Shown here in pieces: positions 10,781-24,084 of a stretch of DNA of 64,000 nt. The notes under the pieces are model-generated. The model was not told the origin of the DNA. It did not search any database and worked only from the letters and a program-made list of their open reading frames with translations. Numbering within the stretch: position 1 is the first letter of the stretch; every line of letters begins with the position of its first letter. The stretch is from positions 21,762,001 through 21,826,000 of the forward strand of contig NC_059439.1 in the NCBI RefSeq assembly GCF_021028975.2. Direction: 5' to 3'. The DNA comes from Sphaerodactylus townsendi (lineage: Eukaryota). The translations under genes were made by a program, and so were the position numbers.

Positions 10781-11349
10781 CAACACATGAAAATCACCCC
10801 TATCCCCCACCTGAGATTTCAAAATACCCTCCTGAGAACTGGTATCCAAATTTGAGTCTTAGAGATGAGCAGTCCTAGAACCCGAATCTGAGTCTTAGGG
10901 ATGAACAACCCTAGAACCCGAAGGGATAATCAGTTAGCAGCTGGCATCATGAGCCCTGCAAAAAATGTGCACCCATTCAACAGTGAATCACACAGTTAAC
11001 TGTTCCAGGTAACATGGACAAGAGAGCCCAACTGCATTTTGCATTAAAGAAGCTGAAAATCAAAATCAAATAAAACACTTCATGGGAAACAGGGAAGGGA
11101 AAAGAGCCTCTCGCTCTTCCAAATAGTTTCTGTAAGCATTTTATGAAAGTTGGCTGCTAAAAAGCGTGGATGTGTGACAAACCCTTTTTGAGCTGGCATG
11201 GGTGTTGTTATAAGAAAGTTGCTTCCGCAGCATGAGAAACGTATGTTTATTCCATGCCTTGGAGGCAGTCTGAGTTCTCCAGTCGTGTCCAGCATGAGAC
11301 TCCTTTCGCTACGAGACACGAATGTCCAAGAACTGCTGTAACCGGAAAC

Positions 11350-11435
11350 GATTAACAAGTGGCCAATTTTGCTTGGCCTCTGTCACGCACCTGCTAAATA
11401 TAGCCCGATGCAGAAGACGGCCACAGCAGGTGGGT
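11350..11435. promoter_or_regulatory. Candidate muscle enhancer (E-box + MEF2)
   Basis: CACCTG 11388-11393 abutting consensus MEF2 CTAAATATAG 11394-11403; CAAGTG and CAGGTG nearby. Confidence 0.4.
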
Positions 11436-13473
11436 GAGAGGAAAAATGATCTCTCCTCTTTCGCTTCCTTTGTTGACTCTCCTCAGAAGGCAGCTGGGAG
11501 TTAGGGTTACGAAGGTGAGGGGAGGATTATGTTCAGGAGTGAGTGGTTTTTAGGATTGGCAACTCTGACCTGGGAAATCCCTAGCGGTTTGGGAGCAGTG
11601 CCTATGTAGAAGGGAATTCAAGGAAGCATTTCACCTGAAATCTATGGTATACCATAGAGTCTGCCCTCTGAAGCTGCGGTTTCCTCTCTATAGTCAGGAG
11701 CTCATGTGTAACACTGGAATAATTCCTGCCCCCCCCCCTCCCCTGGGCAGGTTAGCAACCCTGGACTGTTTTTTCTTACATCTAATACACATCTATAGAA
11801 TTTGATATCTGCTACAGAACTAAGATCTTTACAAATCACAATGTTGAAATCAGAGCACACACATGAGTTCCTGGCCCATATAGTTATTGCAACAATTCAT
11901 TGGCTGCACATGGAGAACCATCAGTAACCAGTGGGGCTGCATATCTAAAGCCACAAGGTGGGATTCAATGCATCTCTCTGCAATGGCTGGCAAGGGATGA
12001 TATACAATAACATGCATGCAAAAGTGTTTTATTTGTATAACTGAGCCAGGACACAGAGTCCCCCTTCCTTGTGGCTTGATGTGGAAAGCTTGTTTTCATT
12101 ATTGTTTCAAAGGCCCAGTAACTCAGCTCAGGGTAGGGGGGGAAAAGTCACTGGCATCAGTGTGTGAAAGAAGAAAAAAACAAGGTCTAAAGTGGCCTTA
12201 AATTTCCTTCAAAAGAATTAGATAGGGTTACCAATTTCCAGGTAAGGACTGGAGTTCTCTCAGAATTACAATTGATCTGCAGGCTAAAGGGATCAGTTCC
12301 CTACAGAAAACGGCACCTTCAGAGAGTTGACTTGGTGGAATCATATTACTGCTGAGATGCCTCTCTTCCCCACACCCTGTCCCATGACATAGGCACCCAA
12401 GTGCATGTAGGACACGTTTAACTTCTATCCAAGGGAACGTTCCCTTTTGGTACTCCCATCGATAGATCAGTGATTACATTGATCAAATATCATACTCCCT
12501 TGAGCATCTGTTCATTAAAATTTTTAGCCTAACTTTCTCATTGAAACTCAAGGCAGGTTATACACAGCCCTCCCCAACATTTCACAGCTGCAATTTCTTT
12601 CTCCTTTTTTTTTTGCCATCTAGTCATATCTGAACTTGTTGTGACCCCTCAGGGACATGCATTGACTTTATTTTAAATTATGCCTAATCAAGGTTATTGA
12701 ATTGAATTGATTCCTGCCCCATCCCTTCTGCTTGAAAAGCACCTTCAGTGGCTTACAGTAAATTAAAAAAATATTGCCAAGAGTTACATTCAAAATAAAA
12801 TTTTCAATAAACAAATGGGAATCACAAGATCGAGAAAAACAAACTGCAATTAGAAAGGAACAACCAGTCCAGCTCAAGCGAAACCCATAGAAAGTAGCAA
12901 CAGTGATCAAGACCCTCCAAACATACATACCAAAATAAAGCAGCATTTATACACATTAACCCCCCCTCCCCGCAAGACCTAGCATATGTTTGTAAACACC
13001 CCTAGTCTTGTACCAAGAATATCTTTGCAAGGGTTGCATTACTATGTTGTGTAGATGGGTTGCCTCCAATGATACCCTGTTTTCCATATGTTAATAGCCC
13101 CATGCTTTACTCAGCCCTAGAAGCTGAGGATACTTTAAGTTAAAGATCTGCTATGAAAACTCATTCAACCTCTCCACCATTTGTTTCTCCTTCAGTTACC
13201 CTGTAAGATATTCTTGGCTACCTTTGGCTGGCAGCCCCTGGAAGGGAAGAGTGACATGAGAGAATCATGAAACTGTCAGTCCCAGCAATGAATTACAGGC
13301 ACTGGCAGACCCATTAGAGTTATGTTCAAAACATCATAAACTAAGTAAAGTTGCCACCTGGCTGGTTTTAAGTGGACCTGGATAGTTTTTCTGACACTCC
13401 GAGGGTGACGGTGGTTGCCCCCCACCTTCCCACTAGACTCAGCATCAATTTTAAATGGGGCACAATAATCAAT

Positions 13474-13744
13474 GGCCGTTTCCCCACTCGCCTTTTGTTG
13501 CGTGCTACTCACTCCAAATAACGTGGGGTCCAGAGGCACTCCCCACTACCAGAGCGGCGACAACACAGCCGCCCCGGTTCTGCCGCCCTCGCAACCCCTC
13601 AGCGCGCGTCATTTCTGCCCCTGTTCAGAATGGTGCCTTTTGCAAAACCTTTTGCAGTGGAGAGCATGACTGCGCGCTCAGAAACACCCGCGGTTAACGA
13701 AGCCCGGTAACCCTCGCGTTTCTTTTCAAAGTGGGGAAACGGCT
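13474..13744. mobile_element. CpG-rich PIF/Harbinger-type non-autonomous element
   Basis: TIRs GGCCGTTTCCCCACT / AGTGGGGAAACGGCT; AAT duplicated at 13471-13473 and 13745-13747. Confidence 0.75.
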
Positions 13745-14145
13745 AATGATAACAAGGATGGGCAAGTCAGCAGCCCCAACGGCAACGGTTAGATCTGAGC
13801 GATAAAATAATTGCAACCCCTATTCTCTCTTTGGCCCGTCATGATTTTGAAAGTTTTGATCAACAGGACCAGCAACACAACATCTCTAGGAGCATGATTG
13901 TTTAACAAAGTGTCCGTCTTCAGCGGCTGCCCCCTACAGTTGTGGAATTTACTCCCTGTAAAAATTCACCCAATTTGATCCCGAGAATGGGTTGCCAATT
14001 TGGGTAGGCTGGGGAAGAAGAGACGTAAGGAAGGGTAACCTCGGCCAAAGATCGTTTGACCTTATTTCCAATATTTTCACATTGGCTTTCTGTCACTTCA
14101 CGAACAGTTATGCATGTGAAGTGCAGTCAAGCCGCAAACAACTTG

Positions 14146-14270
14146 CAGTGGTGGCGAACCTTTGGCACTCCAGATGTTATGGACTACAATTCCCATCAGC
14201 CCCTTCCAGCATGGTCAATTGGCCATGCTGGAAGGGGCTGATGGGAATTGTAGTCCATAACATCAGATGT
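14146..14270. mobile_element. hAT-type palindromic MITE, 3'-truncated
   Basis: cagtggtggcgaacctttggcactccagatg...gggaattgtagtccataacatc; same family as 45176. Confidence 0.75.
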
Positions 14271-16065
14271 TCAACACAGAACTGATAAAGAAACCAGCAA
14301 TCCCTGTATCGAAGAGTAAAGGTCGCTTTCAAACTATAACAACAGCCTGTAGAAGGGTTTTCAAGGTAATAGTTCTTGGGAAGTGTTTGCTATTGCCTTC
14401 CTCTGTGTCACAACCCTGGTGTTCCTTGGAGGTCTCCCATCCGAATACTAGCCAGGGTTTACTTAGCTTCTGAGATCTGCTGAGATCCAGCTAGCCTTGA
14501 CCATCCAGGTTAGGGCATCATACAAAATACATGATATTATATCAAATATAACACATAAAAATCATGACATAAAAAAAATAACACCCAATAAGCCCATACT
14601 GGCATGGGATCCAAACATGGCACCCCTTTGTAGGGGTCCGTGCTTTTGGAGTAAAAAAACAAACACATTTTGTTGGAGAGTACTGGATGTGCTTTGCTGT
14701 TTGACCTTTGAACAGATGGTTGGGAACTCTAACCCCTCCGCCTGTTCTCCAGGGACCCATGGAAACTGATAGTTCAGGTGTAAAGATCGGAAGAATGATG
14801 AAGACGTAGCCAAGCTGATAATCCACGCTGCTTCAAAAGGGTGCAGTTACAAGCACAAACAACTTCTCTCGAAGATTTAATCAAAGATTTAAAAGCTTGT
14901 ATCCTATGAACGAGTTTAGTACACGCCGGTTTCTGACACGGAGTGCACGCTTCCTCTTCTGGTAGTATTTCCGTCCGTGCAAGTGCCCACAGCAGGTTAA
15001 CAAATCTACTTGGATCCCTCCCAGTGTGAGGTGTCATAGCTGAGCTCTAATTTTATTTTTATTGTTTCTTTTTATTAGATTTAATATGCTGCCCCTACCC
15101 TTTCGGGCTCAGGGCGGCTCACAACAGATATCTAAAAACATAAAAAACTAATGAAACATTAAACACAGTCCAATAATTTACCATTACCAATTATCTGAGA
15201 GGGTGAAAAAATACAATCAGTCCTGTGAGGGTTGGCAGCAGACACAATATACAACCAGGTGGGAAAGGAAAGGGGAGGCCAGATGGTACCATAGCCACCT
15301 CAACCAGAAGAGGAGGAGCAGAAGCCAGAAGAATCTTCACTGTCTCTTCCCCAAAACTTGACAAATGCCTCCGCATGATTCTTCCCTCTTCTCTTCTTGG
15401 AGGACACTGATGGACACCAAGACCATTTCCACACTCGTGGGCTCCTTTGCATGGAGTGAACATTCTCTTTAGGTTTGATTTCCAGATATGCACATGTTTT
15501 TCCCTCTTCAGAATTCACAGTGTTGCAGAACAAAACTGCCCTGTGGCTTGTGAAAGTGGGCAAAGTGTGACTTTTCCGATGCCTGCACAGGGAAAACAAA
15601 GCAGACCAGGGTGCGTTTTGCTTACTTCCAGTTTTCTGCTCCTCCCGCCTCCCCCTGCCCACACAGGAACAGTTCTGTCCTCTCCCTTGCCAGCATTTCT
15701 GCGGAATCGATCGGGCTTCTTTTTTAAATAACATACTTTTGATCTACTGCAGGCGTGGTAGATAGTGAAAACGGATTTTGCAAACAAAAACAGGTAGCAA
15801 AAGGCGCATGTGAATTACCACGAGGCGGAGTTGCTGATCGGGGTGGGGGATTGGAATGAGCCCAGCTGGCACTGCCCCGCAGCTGAAAGTGAACTGCTGG
15901 AAAGGGAGCCACCATGGGAAGAGGGCAGCCGTCACCCGAGATGGAAAGCGAGGAAGCGAGTCACGAGGCTTTAAAGGGACTTGCCCTCCTTTGTTCAGGC
16001 CATGTGCTTGCCGGCCAACGATTTGCCCACCCACCTCACCCTACTTTTATATGTTAATGCATGCT

Positions 16066-16433
16066 GTTATGTCATAGCCTAGTTCGTGGTGGTTTGGCTC
16101 ATGGGTATTGATCTGGAAAGGAGCAAGGGGAAGGGGGGGGCTAGGGTAGCCGCTACTTTCCCCTTGGGAACGGCAACAGCGACAAGAGGCGACCGCCCTG
16201 TCGAACCGGGCCGAAAGGGGGAACATCTCTGGCCAGGAGCGGCCGCCCGGCAGAGCCCCACAGTAGATCGAAGCTCGGGACCGGGCACCCGCCCTACTGA
16301 GCTGTAGCATGTACCCGCATGACCAGATCCAGACCCATGCTTAGCCTCACGCTTCTGCTCAATAAAATGGCTATGGCCAATTTATTACCCCAGCAATGGT
16401 GTGATGTGTATCATTATAGAGGGGCCTCGCACA
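16066..16433 (+). mobile_element. Possible solo LTR
   Basis: TGTTATG start, GC/CpG-rich body, AATAAA at 16361, ends ...CA; no clear TSD. Confidence 0.3.
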
Positions 16434-16509
16434 AGAAGTGATCCACCCTCGAGCAGCAAACGATCTCCCAGCCCAGAAGCAGGGGGCAGGCAAAATGGTG
16501 GCTATGCTT

Positions 16510-16792
16510 GAAGAAGAAAAAGAAAAAGAGTTTGGATTTATACCCCACCTTTCTCTCCTGTAAGGTGGCTTACAAGCTCCTTTCCCTTCCTCTCCCCACA
16601 ACAGATACCTTGTGAGGTAGGTGGGGTTGAGAGAGTGCTGAAGAACTGTGACTAGTCCAAGGTCACCCTGCAGGAGTGCGGAAACACACCTGGTTCACCA
16701 AATAAGCCTCTGCCACTCAGGTGGAGGAGTGGGGAATCAAACCTGGTTCTCCAGATTAGAATCCACCTGCTCTTAACAACTATATCACACTG
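16510..16792 (-). mobile_element. Squam3-like SINE
   Basis: GAA-rich tail + gagtttggatttataccc; reverse tRNA head. Confidence 0.8.
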
Positions 16793-17265
16793 AGAAGCAG
16801 TGGGGAACCTCCTCATTTTAAAAACAATACGGGGAGATTCCACTGAGAAGCACACGGCTGCCCCACAAACAGTAAGCGCACAAAGGGCTTAAGACCAGAG
16901 CCAGGGAAACCCATCAATTCACCATTTCTAACGACAGACTATTAGCTGACCTGTGTCAAACATTGTCAACATGTTCACAAAGTCATGATAAACACCCTTA
17001 CGTAACTGGCAGCCTGCCATTCTCCTTGCCTCATGGGGACATCTGATAGTTGTGGCAAGAGGGCCTCTTGCTCTACAGGAGGCAGGGCTAGATATACCTC
17101 ACACATAATTTAGTTGCAGGCCACCCCTACCCTGCCACTCTGCAGAATTTCACCCCTTCTTAGTTTGCACACGAAGCTGCCTTCTAGTAAGTCAGAATAT
17201 TGATCTATCAAGGCCAGTATTGTCTGTCCTCCCTGGCAGCAGCTCTCCACAGCTTCCTACACAGG

Positions 17266-17685
17266 CAGAGGTGGGATCCAGCAGAGATTCTCTCACAGGT
17301 TCCCGAGAGTAGGTTACTAATTATTTGTGTGTGCCGAGAAGGGGTTACTAATTGGTGATTTTGCCACGTGATTTTTTTGCCTTGAATTCACGCCCCTCCT
17401 CTCAGCAGTAGCCAGCGCCAGAACTTGAAGCAGTCCCCAGCAGGAGGGTGCACCAGCGTCGCGTGTAAGCAGCCTGCGCCTGGCATGCCATTCGATTTCC
17501 AAGGCAGGACCCGGCGCCCAGCGGTGACTTTCGCGTCCTTGCCACAGCCCCACCCAGGAATGCCCCGCCCCCGGAATGCCCGGCCACGCCCCGTCGTGTC
17601 CCGGCCAGCCCCATTGGCGCTATGCCACAGTTTGAATCCCACCACCATGGGAACCTGTTACTAAAATTTTTGGATCCCACCACTG
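17266..17685. mobile_element. hAT non-autonomous transposon (~420 bp)
   Basis: TIRs CAGAGGTGGGATCCA / TGGATCCCACCACTG; degenerate TSD tacacagg/tacagg. Confidence 0.75.
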
Positions 17686-17942
17686 TACAGGTCTGTCACA
17701 TCACCAGTTACCTTCTTAACTGGAGGTGCTGACCCTTTACCACTTAGCCACCGACCGTCCCCGATACCTTCATCTGCTATTAACCAGCTGCTGCAACATG
17801 TTTTCGAACAGGAGAACAGGAACAGAGTCCAGGAGGAAAAACGAACCAAAGCCATATAGTCATCACAGTGACAACATTTGAGGATGGTTTCATGGTTGTG
17901 TGAGCTTTCAAGCCATAGCTGACTTGTGGCAATCCTGTAGGG

Positions 17943-18077
17943 CATAGGTGTCAAACTCACGGCCCTCCAGATGTTATGGACTACAGCTCCCATCATCCCC
18001 TGCCAGCATGAGGCTGGCAGGGGATGATGGGAACTGTAGTCCATAACATCTGGAGGGCCGCGAGTTTGACACCTGTG
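17943..18077. mobile_element. hAT palindromic MITE
   Basis: Near-perfect hairpin; 8-bp TSD CTGTAGGG on both sides. Confidence 0.85.
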
Positions 18078-18874
18078 CTGTAGGGTTTTCAAGGCAAGTG
18101 ACTTTTGGACATGGTTGGCCATTGCCTACCTTGGTGTGGGCTGAGAGAGTTTTGAGAGAACTGTGACTGGTCCAAGGTCACCTAGCAGGCTTTATGTGGA
18201 GGAGTCGAACCTGCACCTCCAGATTAGTCTGCTCTCTTAACCCGTGCATCACATTCACCCTCTCTAGGGTGGCTAGCCAGACAGAATATTTTCTTGGCTT
18301 AGAATGTTCCCCTCTTGGCTAGCTGCCAAACTTGGGGATTAGAGATCTAGAAAGCATTACAATTTTTAGAATTTTTTTAAATAGAAAAAAACTACCCACT
18401 TGGAGGAAAAAGAACTCTGCATGATACACAACATCTCACACTCTTAACCGGCTGCACGATACAGCTCCACAGCTGACACAAATTGCTGTGCCGAGGACGT
18501 GCTAGTTTCAAAGGTCTCCGCTTCCGCCGTCCCACAGTTATCACACATTATCACTAATTTTCCAGTGTAAAAATGTTGGCACCAACTGGCGCTCACACAT
18601 ACCAGCTTGTCTCTAATGGCACCTCTGGACAATATGCAAGAGATTGACGGCAGAAGCTATTACAAACCCCCCGGGATTTATTTTGAGACAAATGGAAGGA
18701 TTCGACCAGCTTTTCTGCCAGTGAAAAAGAGAAGGGGGTTCCCTTCTGGCCACCTGATGAGACTATGGTGGAAATCAAGAGATCTGCATGGACAAAAGCC
18801 CATGTGGGAACACGGGATCTAATATGTTTAATGATAACGCTAGCTGTTTCTAACACAAAACATAGGTGCAGAAC

Positions 18875-19178
18875 TACGCAGTGGCGTAGGAGGTTAAGAG
18901 CTCGTGTATCTAATCTGAAGGAACCGGGTTTGATTCCCAGCTCTGCCGCCTGAGCTGTGGAGGCTTATCTGGGGGATTCAGATTAGCCTGTACACTCCCA
19001 CACACGCCAGCTGGGTGACCTTGGGCTAGTCACAGCTTCTCGGAGCTCTCTCAGCCCCACCCACCTCACAGGGTGTTTGTTGTGAGGGGGGAAGGGCAAG
19101 GAGATTGTAAACCCCTTTGAGTCTCCTGCAGGAGAGAAAGGGGGGATATAAATCCAAACTCTTTTTCTTCTTCTTCTT
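18875..19178 (+). mobile_element. Squam3-like SINE, full length
   Basis: tRNA head gcagtggcgtaggaggttaagagc...gggtttgattccc; (CTT)n tail. Confidence 0.85.
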
Positions 19179-20097
19179 AATTTTTGAGCATCAAATGTGA
19201 TTACACAGCCTTCTAAGCAAGATCAGAGTATTTCCCCCTGTGGAAACCACACAGCATATCTTCACATACTGGGTTTTAGATATGGGTCTTTCCAAGCTGG
19301 TCTTGACAAACAGGTCTTTTTAAAAGGTTATTTTTCCTAACTGCTGCGACAGCAACCCTAGCCCACCATGACCTGCTTAATTCTCAGCCTATTTATAAGG
19401 ACCCAGCCCTTTCCCTATTTACTGATGACTGCTTGGCCTTCTAAGAACTCTACGCTAATTGGGGGTGTGATTAAAGAAGAAAAAGATGAAGGTAATGAAT
19501 GCCTTCGCCGCTAGCACACTGGGGTACCAACCACACCCGGTTTCAGCAATGCCCCACCGTTTGCCAGAACATTATCACCAAAATTTATTTATAAGTCACC
19601 CTCAAGAAGAAACCTGAGGACATGCGCCTGATGAAGGGAACAGATCTGGAATGAGACATAAAAACAGGAAAAATGGGATAGGAAGGAGGCATCCTCCTGC
19701 TAGCAGAAGATGAAGGAAACCAGGATTAATAAAATCTAGATAATGGTCGTCTTTTATACAAAAGCAGGGAGAGCAGTATGAGAAAATATGAGCCGCGAAT
19801 TATTTCTTTGGGGGGTGGGGGAGACTCAAGGAATCAGTGGGAGGGATTGGGAAATTCTTCCCACTGCTCAGCAGTTCAAGATTTCCAAACTCTGGGGCTG
19901 TATCTAGGATCTCGTTTTCCTCATCCTTCAGAATTCTAGCACTGTCTTGCAGTTCTTTAGAATCGACTGCTGCAGGTAGTTAAAGCTGGCAGATGTCCAT
20001 TCATTCCTCCAACAGAGTAATGTGCAACTAGTGTGGTGTAGTGATTTGACGGCTGGACTAGGCAGGACCTTGAAAACTCAAATCCAAATCCCCAAAG

Positions 20098-20390
20098 AGC
20101 AGCAGTGGCGCAGTGGTTAAGAGCAAGCGCACTCTAGTCTGGAGAACCGGGTTTGATTCCCCGCTCTGCCACTTGAGCTGTGGAGGCTTATCTGGGGAAC
20201 TAGATTAGCCTGTGCACTCCGACCCATGCCAGCTGGGTGACCTTGGACTAGTCACAGCTCTACGGAGCTCTCTCAGCTCCACCCACCTGACAGGGTGTTT
20301 GTTGTGAGGGGGGAAGGGAAAGGAGATTGGAAGCCCCTTTGAGTCTTCTACAGGAGAGAAAAGGGAGGGTATAAATCCAAACTCTTCTTC
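20098..20390 (+). mobile_element. Squam3-like SINE, full length
   Basis: gcagtggcgcagtggttaagagc head; ataaatccaaactcttcttc tail. Confidence 0.85.
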
Positions 20391-20794
20391 TATAGAAACT
20401 CACAGGGCCGAAATTAACACACAGGATTGTTGCTGTAAAGATAACAGCATATAAATCAAACAGACAGACAATAAATAAATAAATAAGCAAACAAACTGGC
20501 AGGGAGGATGTTGTTAGCTTCTTCGGATCCCCACTGGGGAGAAAAGTGGGGTATAAATATCTAAATTAATAATGCACAAATTCATCTGTGCCTAGGGGTT
20601 TTTGAGTTAGAGACCCCAGCACTGAAGAAGCCTTGAGTCTCAGTACCTGTAATCACTGAGAACAGCCTTTGAAACCCAGACTCTGGTGTTCTTCAAGCAG
20701 AAAACATATGCTTCTCTGCATGACTTGGGAGGCTATGCCAGTGGCTTGCAACCAGGATCACAGCTGCCTCCTCTCGCTAGGAAAATGCTCAAAT

Positions 20795-20857
20795 TGCATG
20801 CACATACATGCATGCACATACATGCATGCACATACATGCATGCACATACATGCATGC
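20795..20857. repeat. 14-bp minisatellite (TGCATGCACATACA)n, ~4.5 copies
   Basis: Direct inspection; alternating purine-pyrimidine tract. Confidence 0.9.
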
Positions 20858-23649
20858 CCCCATTCTTCAAGTTCTTTTTCAGACATTGCAACAGTAAAAA
20901 TGCAAAAAACAGTAAAGCATTTTTTTAAAAAAATATTTCTGGGTTGCTGTTTTTTTTTTTCCCTTACGCAACGAAAGGGGTTTTAGGGAGCGAATAAGCT
21001 CTTTGCTCCTAGATGCTCAGAGAGTGAAAAGAGTCGCAAGGCACCTGGTTTGAAATTACACTGTTAATGCTAAGCAGGTCTCTGCCTGGTCAGCATTTGT
21101 ACGGGAGATTCTTTGGGAACGTCAGTGATATCCCGGACGTCCTAAATGAAAGCAGTAGGTACGATTCAGATCTACTGAGGCAGAAGCCGAACCTGTCTTC
21201 AGTCCCCACCAGCTCTATAAAGGATCAATTCACTATACTGCATGCCCACAAAATACTTCTAATTCTGCTCCTGGCACCAACCCAGACATTTCTTCCTGCT
21301 TCTGATTTACACCCCCGGCCCTCTGCACAGAAGCAGCACCAGGCGTTGGCAGCATTAGAACGTCACACAGTAAATCACGTACTGAAGCCTGGATCTGCCG
21401 GGATCTGTTTCATGAGGGACTACTTTTGCTGCATTTTCTACCCTGCCCAAAGTGGACTGGCAGGACACAGCCTGTGCTCTTTCCCATGGAAAGATTCAAG
21501 TAGAATTGTATATTCATCTGCCACTTGCTGGACCTTCTTTTTTGTAGAATGCTCCACTTGAGTCCCAATGCCTGCCTAGCTCTGCTCCCGTCCCTTCATT
21601 CACTCTGTGCCATCTTTTCTTCCTCTTTAAGAGGCTGGGAGTGGAGCATTGCTTAGCTCTGCCACAGTGTGGGGCTGGCTGTGGGTGAATTTGGCCATCT
21701 GCACCCACCTGTGTGCCCCCCTACTGCCCCCCCCCACCGGCCGCTGAGCCTCACTATTGCTTCCTACCTCATCGCAAGGTGGCCTGAGGTTTTGTCTCCC
21801 CCGCAGGTTCCTGTTGCTGCTGCTGGATAAAAAGGACCCATGAGAACACCCAGTCAGCAATTTGCTTCTTTTCCATAAGAACTTATAAATGCGCTTGTAT
21901 CAAAGTACCATGTTTAAATATGCACAGAATAATGGTTTTGACAAAGGCTGCACTTGCTACTGTGCTCGGGGAAAACTTTCACAGATGATATTCTGGTGTA
22001 CCCCAAATCAACTTCCAATGGAAACTGGAGCTGAATTTTTAAAAGTTTGTGGTAGCATAAGACAGTGAGTTGATCCCACCAGTTTTTCTATATATCAAAA
22101 AGACTCTTTTTGTCCACCACCGAAAGCTATTCTGGGGTCTCTAGTAAGATCAAGCAAAAAAGTTGACTGGAATCATCCCATGGCATTTCACAAAACCGAA
22201 AACACCTAGAGTCTGAAAACGTAGTTCCAAGTTTCACATGAGAAGGATAACATCCAACACTATTAACTGCTGCCACTATTTGTATTTGGAGTTTTCGGCC
22301 TCAAAAACATCTCGCTTTGTGGTGAGCTAAATGTTCTCAGGGTTATCAGGAGGGACTGTATCTCATCTGAATACTTAAAATGCTTTCCCGGGAGAAGGTG
22401 GAGAGGACACCCTCATTATTTTTGTATCCATGAGGTCCAAAAGTACCATGAGAGCAAAATCAATAGATTTCTGGGGTTGTTTAGGCCAATATATCTGTTG
22501 TAGTAAAAAGCTGTTGTTAGGAGATTCTGTTTATTAATGTGCAGGTGGCCCCGACTTAAAAGGAAAAAGTTGAAAAGCAACATTTTAATGCATTCTGCCC
22601 CTGAAAAAGAGGTTTGCCTAGATTAGAATCTGCAGGACGCAACAGCGAAGATTTACTATCATTTGCCATTGCCTCTATAGTTTCTTTGTGTCACTGCAAG
22701 GAGAAAGAGCGGGCACACACTTCATCATGTTGATTATAAGCATCTAGGATAACTGCCACCCCCTCGATTGACAATACTAGAACCATCATGTAGACACAGA
22801 TTAAAAGAAAAAAGCCTTGCTGTTGTTCTTGACAACAACAACAGAACTGTACACAAATCCCTTCCTTCATCCTGCCAGTATAACTGCAAGGGTGGCTCCA
22901 GCGAGTTAATCTCTGCCACATGACCAGCCCTCAAATGAAAATATCTGCTCTTTTACTAAAAAGGAGAAAAGGACTTCTGTCTTTCCTAAACTGTCCAGGG
23001 TTGATGCTGTGCCTCCCTAGTTGGCAGTTTAGGAGAGCAGCCAAAGGACTGTTGTGTAACAGTCAAAGTGTTTGTGTAATCTCTTGTCACCAATGCTGGG
23101 AATCTGCTCTCGCACCTCAACCCTATGGCCCGCTGGACTCAGTCCAGGAGGCTAGGCTTGTCCCCAAGATGCCAATCAGTTGGGACAACTTTGCAGGTCA
23201 TCTGGGTCCTTTTCACTCTGACTGACACCAGGACTGTTTTGTCAGGATTCCTTACATAGGGCAGAAGCCGGGGACTGTTGACCCCTGTTGGCAGGAATGA
23301 ACACACAGTCACAGCATCAGAAAGGACCGAAACCCAAATCCAGCATCCTCCACAAGCCAACCTTTCCAATCCACACTTGCAAACGAGGGCCTTAAAGCCA
23401 GCAGCTGTAAATTACATGCAAACAATTAAACCACAGAGCAAGGCAAACCTAGAATTCCACAATTATTTTTATTAATACTTTGATCTAACAATCATCTGGG
23501 GGGATACTCAAAAGACTCTTTTGTAGTGTCCATACAAGTATAATCCAATTCCTTCTCTCATTCATACACTCCTGAAATGACTCTTCCATCAAAATACTGT
23601 ATTCTTAGATCATGTCCAGTGCTTTCTTACTCAGGGTTTTCTTCTTCTT

Positions 23650-24050
23650 TGGCTGTCAACTCATAGCCATGCACAGAATTATACAGAGAACAGAACTGGG
23701 AAAGGCAGCCATGAAGAAGCTTAAATGTTGGATGTGTCGCTGTGACCAAAATCAAGATAATTCATACTACAATATTCCCCATTACTATATGGGTGTGAAA
23801 ATTGGACAATGATGTTGGTGCATGGGAAGAATGTTGATTCATCTGAAATGCAGTGATGAAGGAGAATTTTATGGATATTGTAGACAGCCCAAAAGGCCAA
23901 TAAGTGGGTTCTAGATCCCTGAACTATCCCTAGAAGCTAAAATGACTAAACTGAGGCGCTCAAATTTTGGTCACACTGCGAGAAGACAATAATGCTAGGA
24001 AAAGTTGAAGGCAGCAGGAAAAGAAGCAGATGCAACATGAGATGGCTTGT
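23650..24050 (+). mobile_element. Decayed RTE/BovB-like LINE 3' RT fragment
   Basis: Frame-broken translation resembles YGCExWT...ELSLEAKMTKLR..FGH...IMLGKVEGSRKR..NMRWL typical of RTE clade. Confidence 0.7.
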
Positions 24051-24084
24051 TCTATTATTACACTGTGTGGGATAATGATATCTG

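Noticed and set aside
14790-14940. ATGATGA...CTGA resembling C/D snoRNA boxes
   Set aside because: No terminal stem, recognisable guide or host intron.
18875-18950. tRNA-like A/B boxes as tRNA genes (also other SINE heads)
   Set aside because: They are heads of multicopy SINEs with LINE-derived tails; no full cloverleaf.
21067-21561. 164-aa ORF
   Set aside because: No domain similarity, coding-like composition or supporting splice/promoter context.
9500-24000. Expected syntenic ISOC2 or C19orf85 exons
   Set aside because: No matching peptide motifs seen in the ORF track or the frames inspected; short exons could have been missed.
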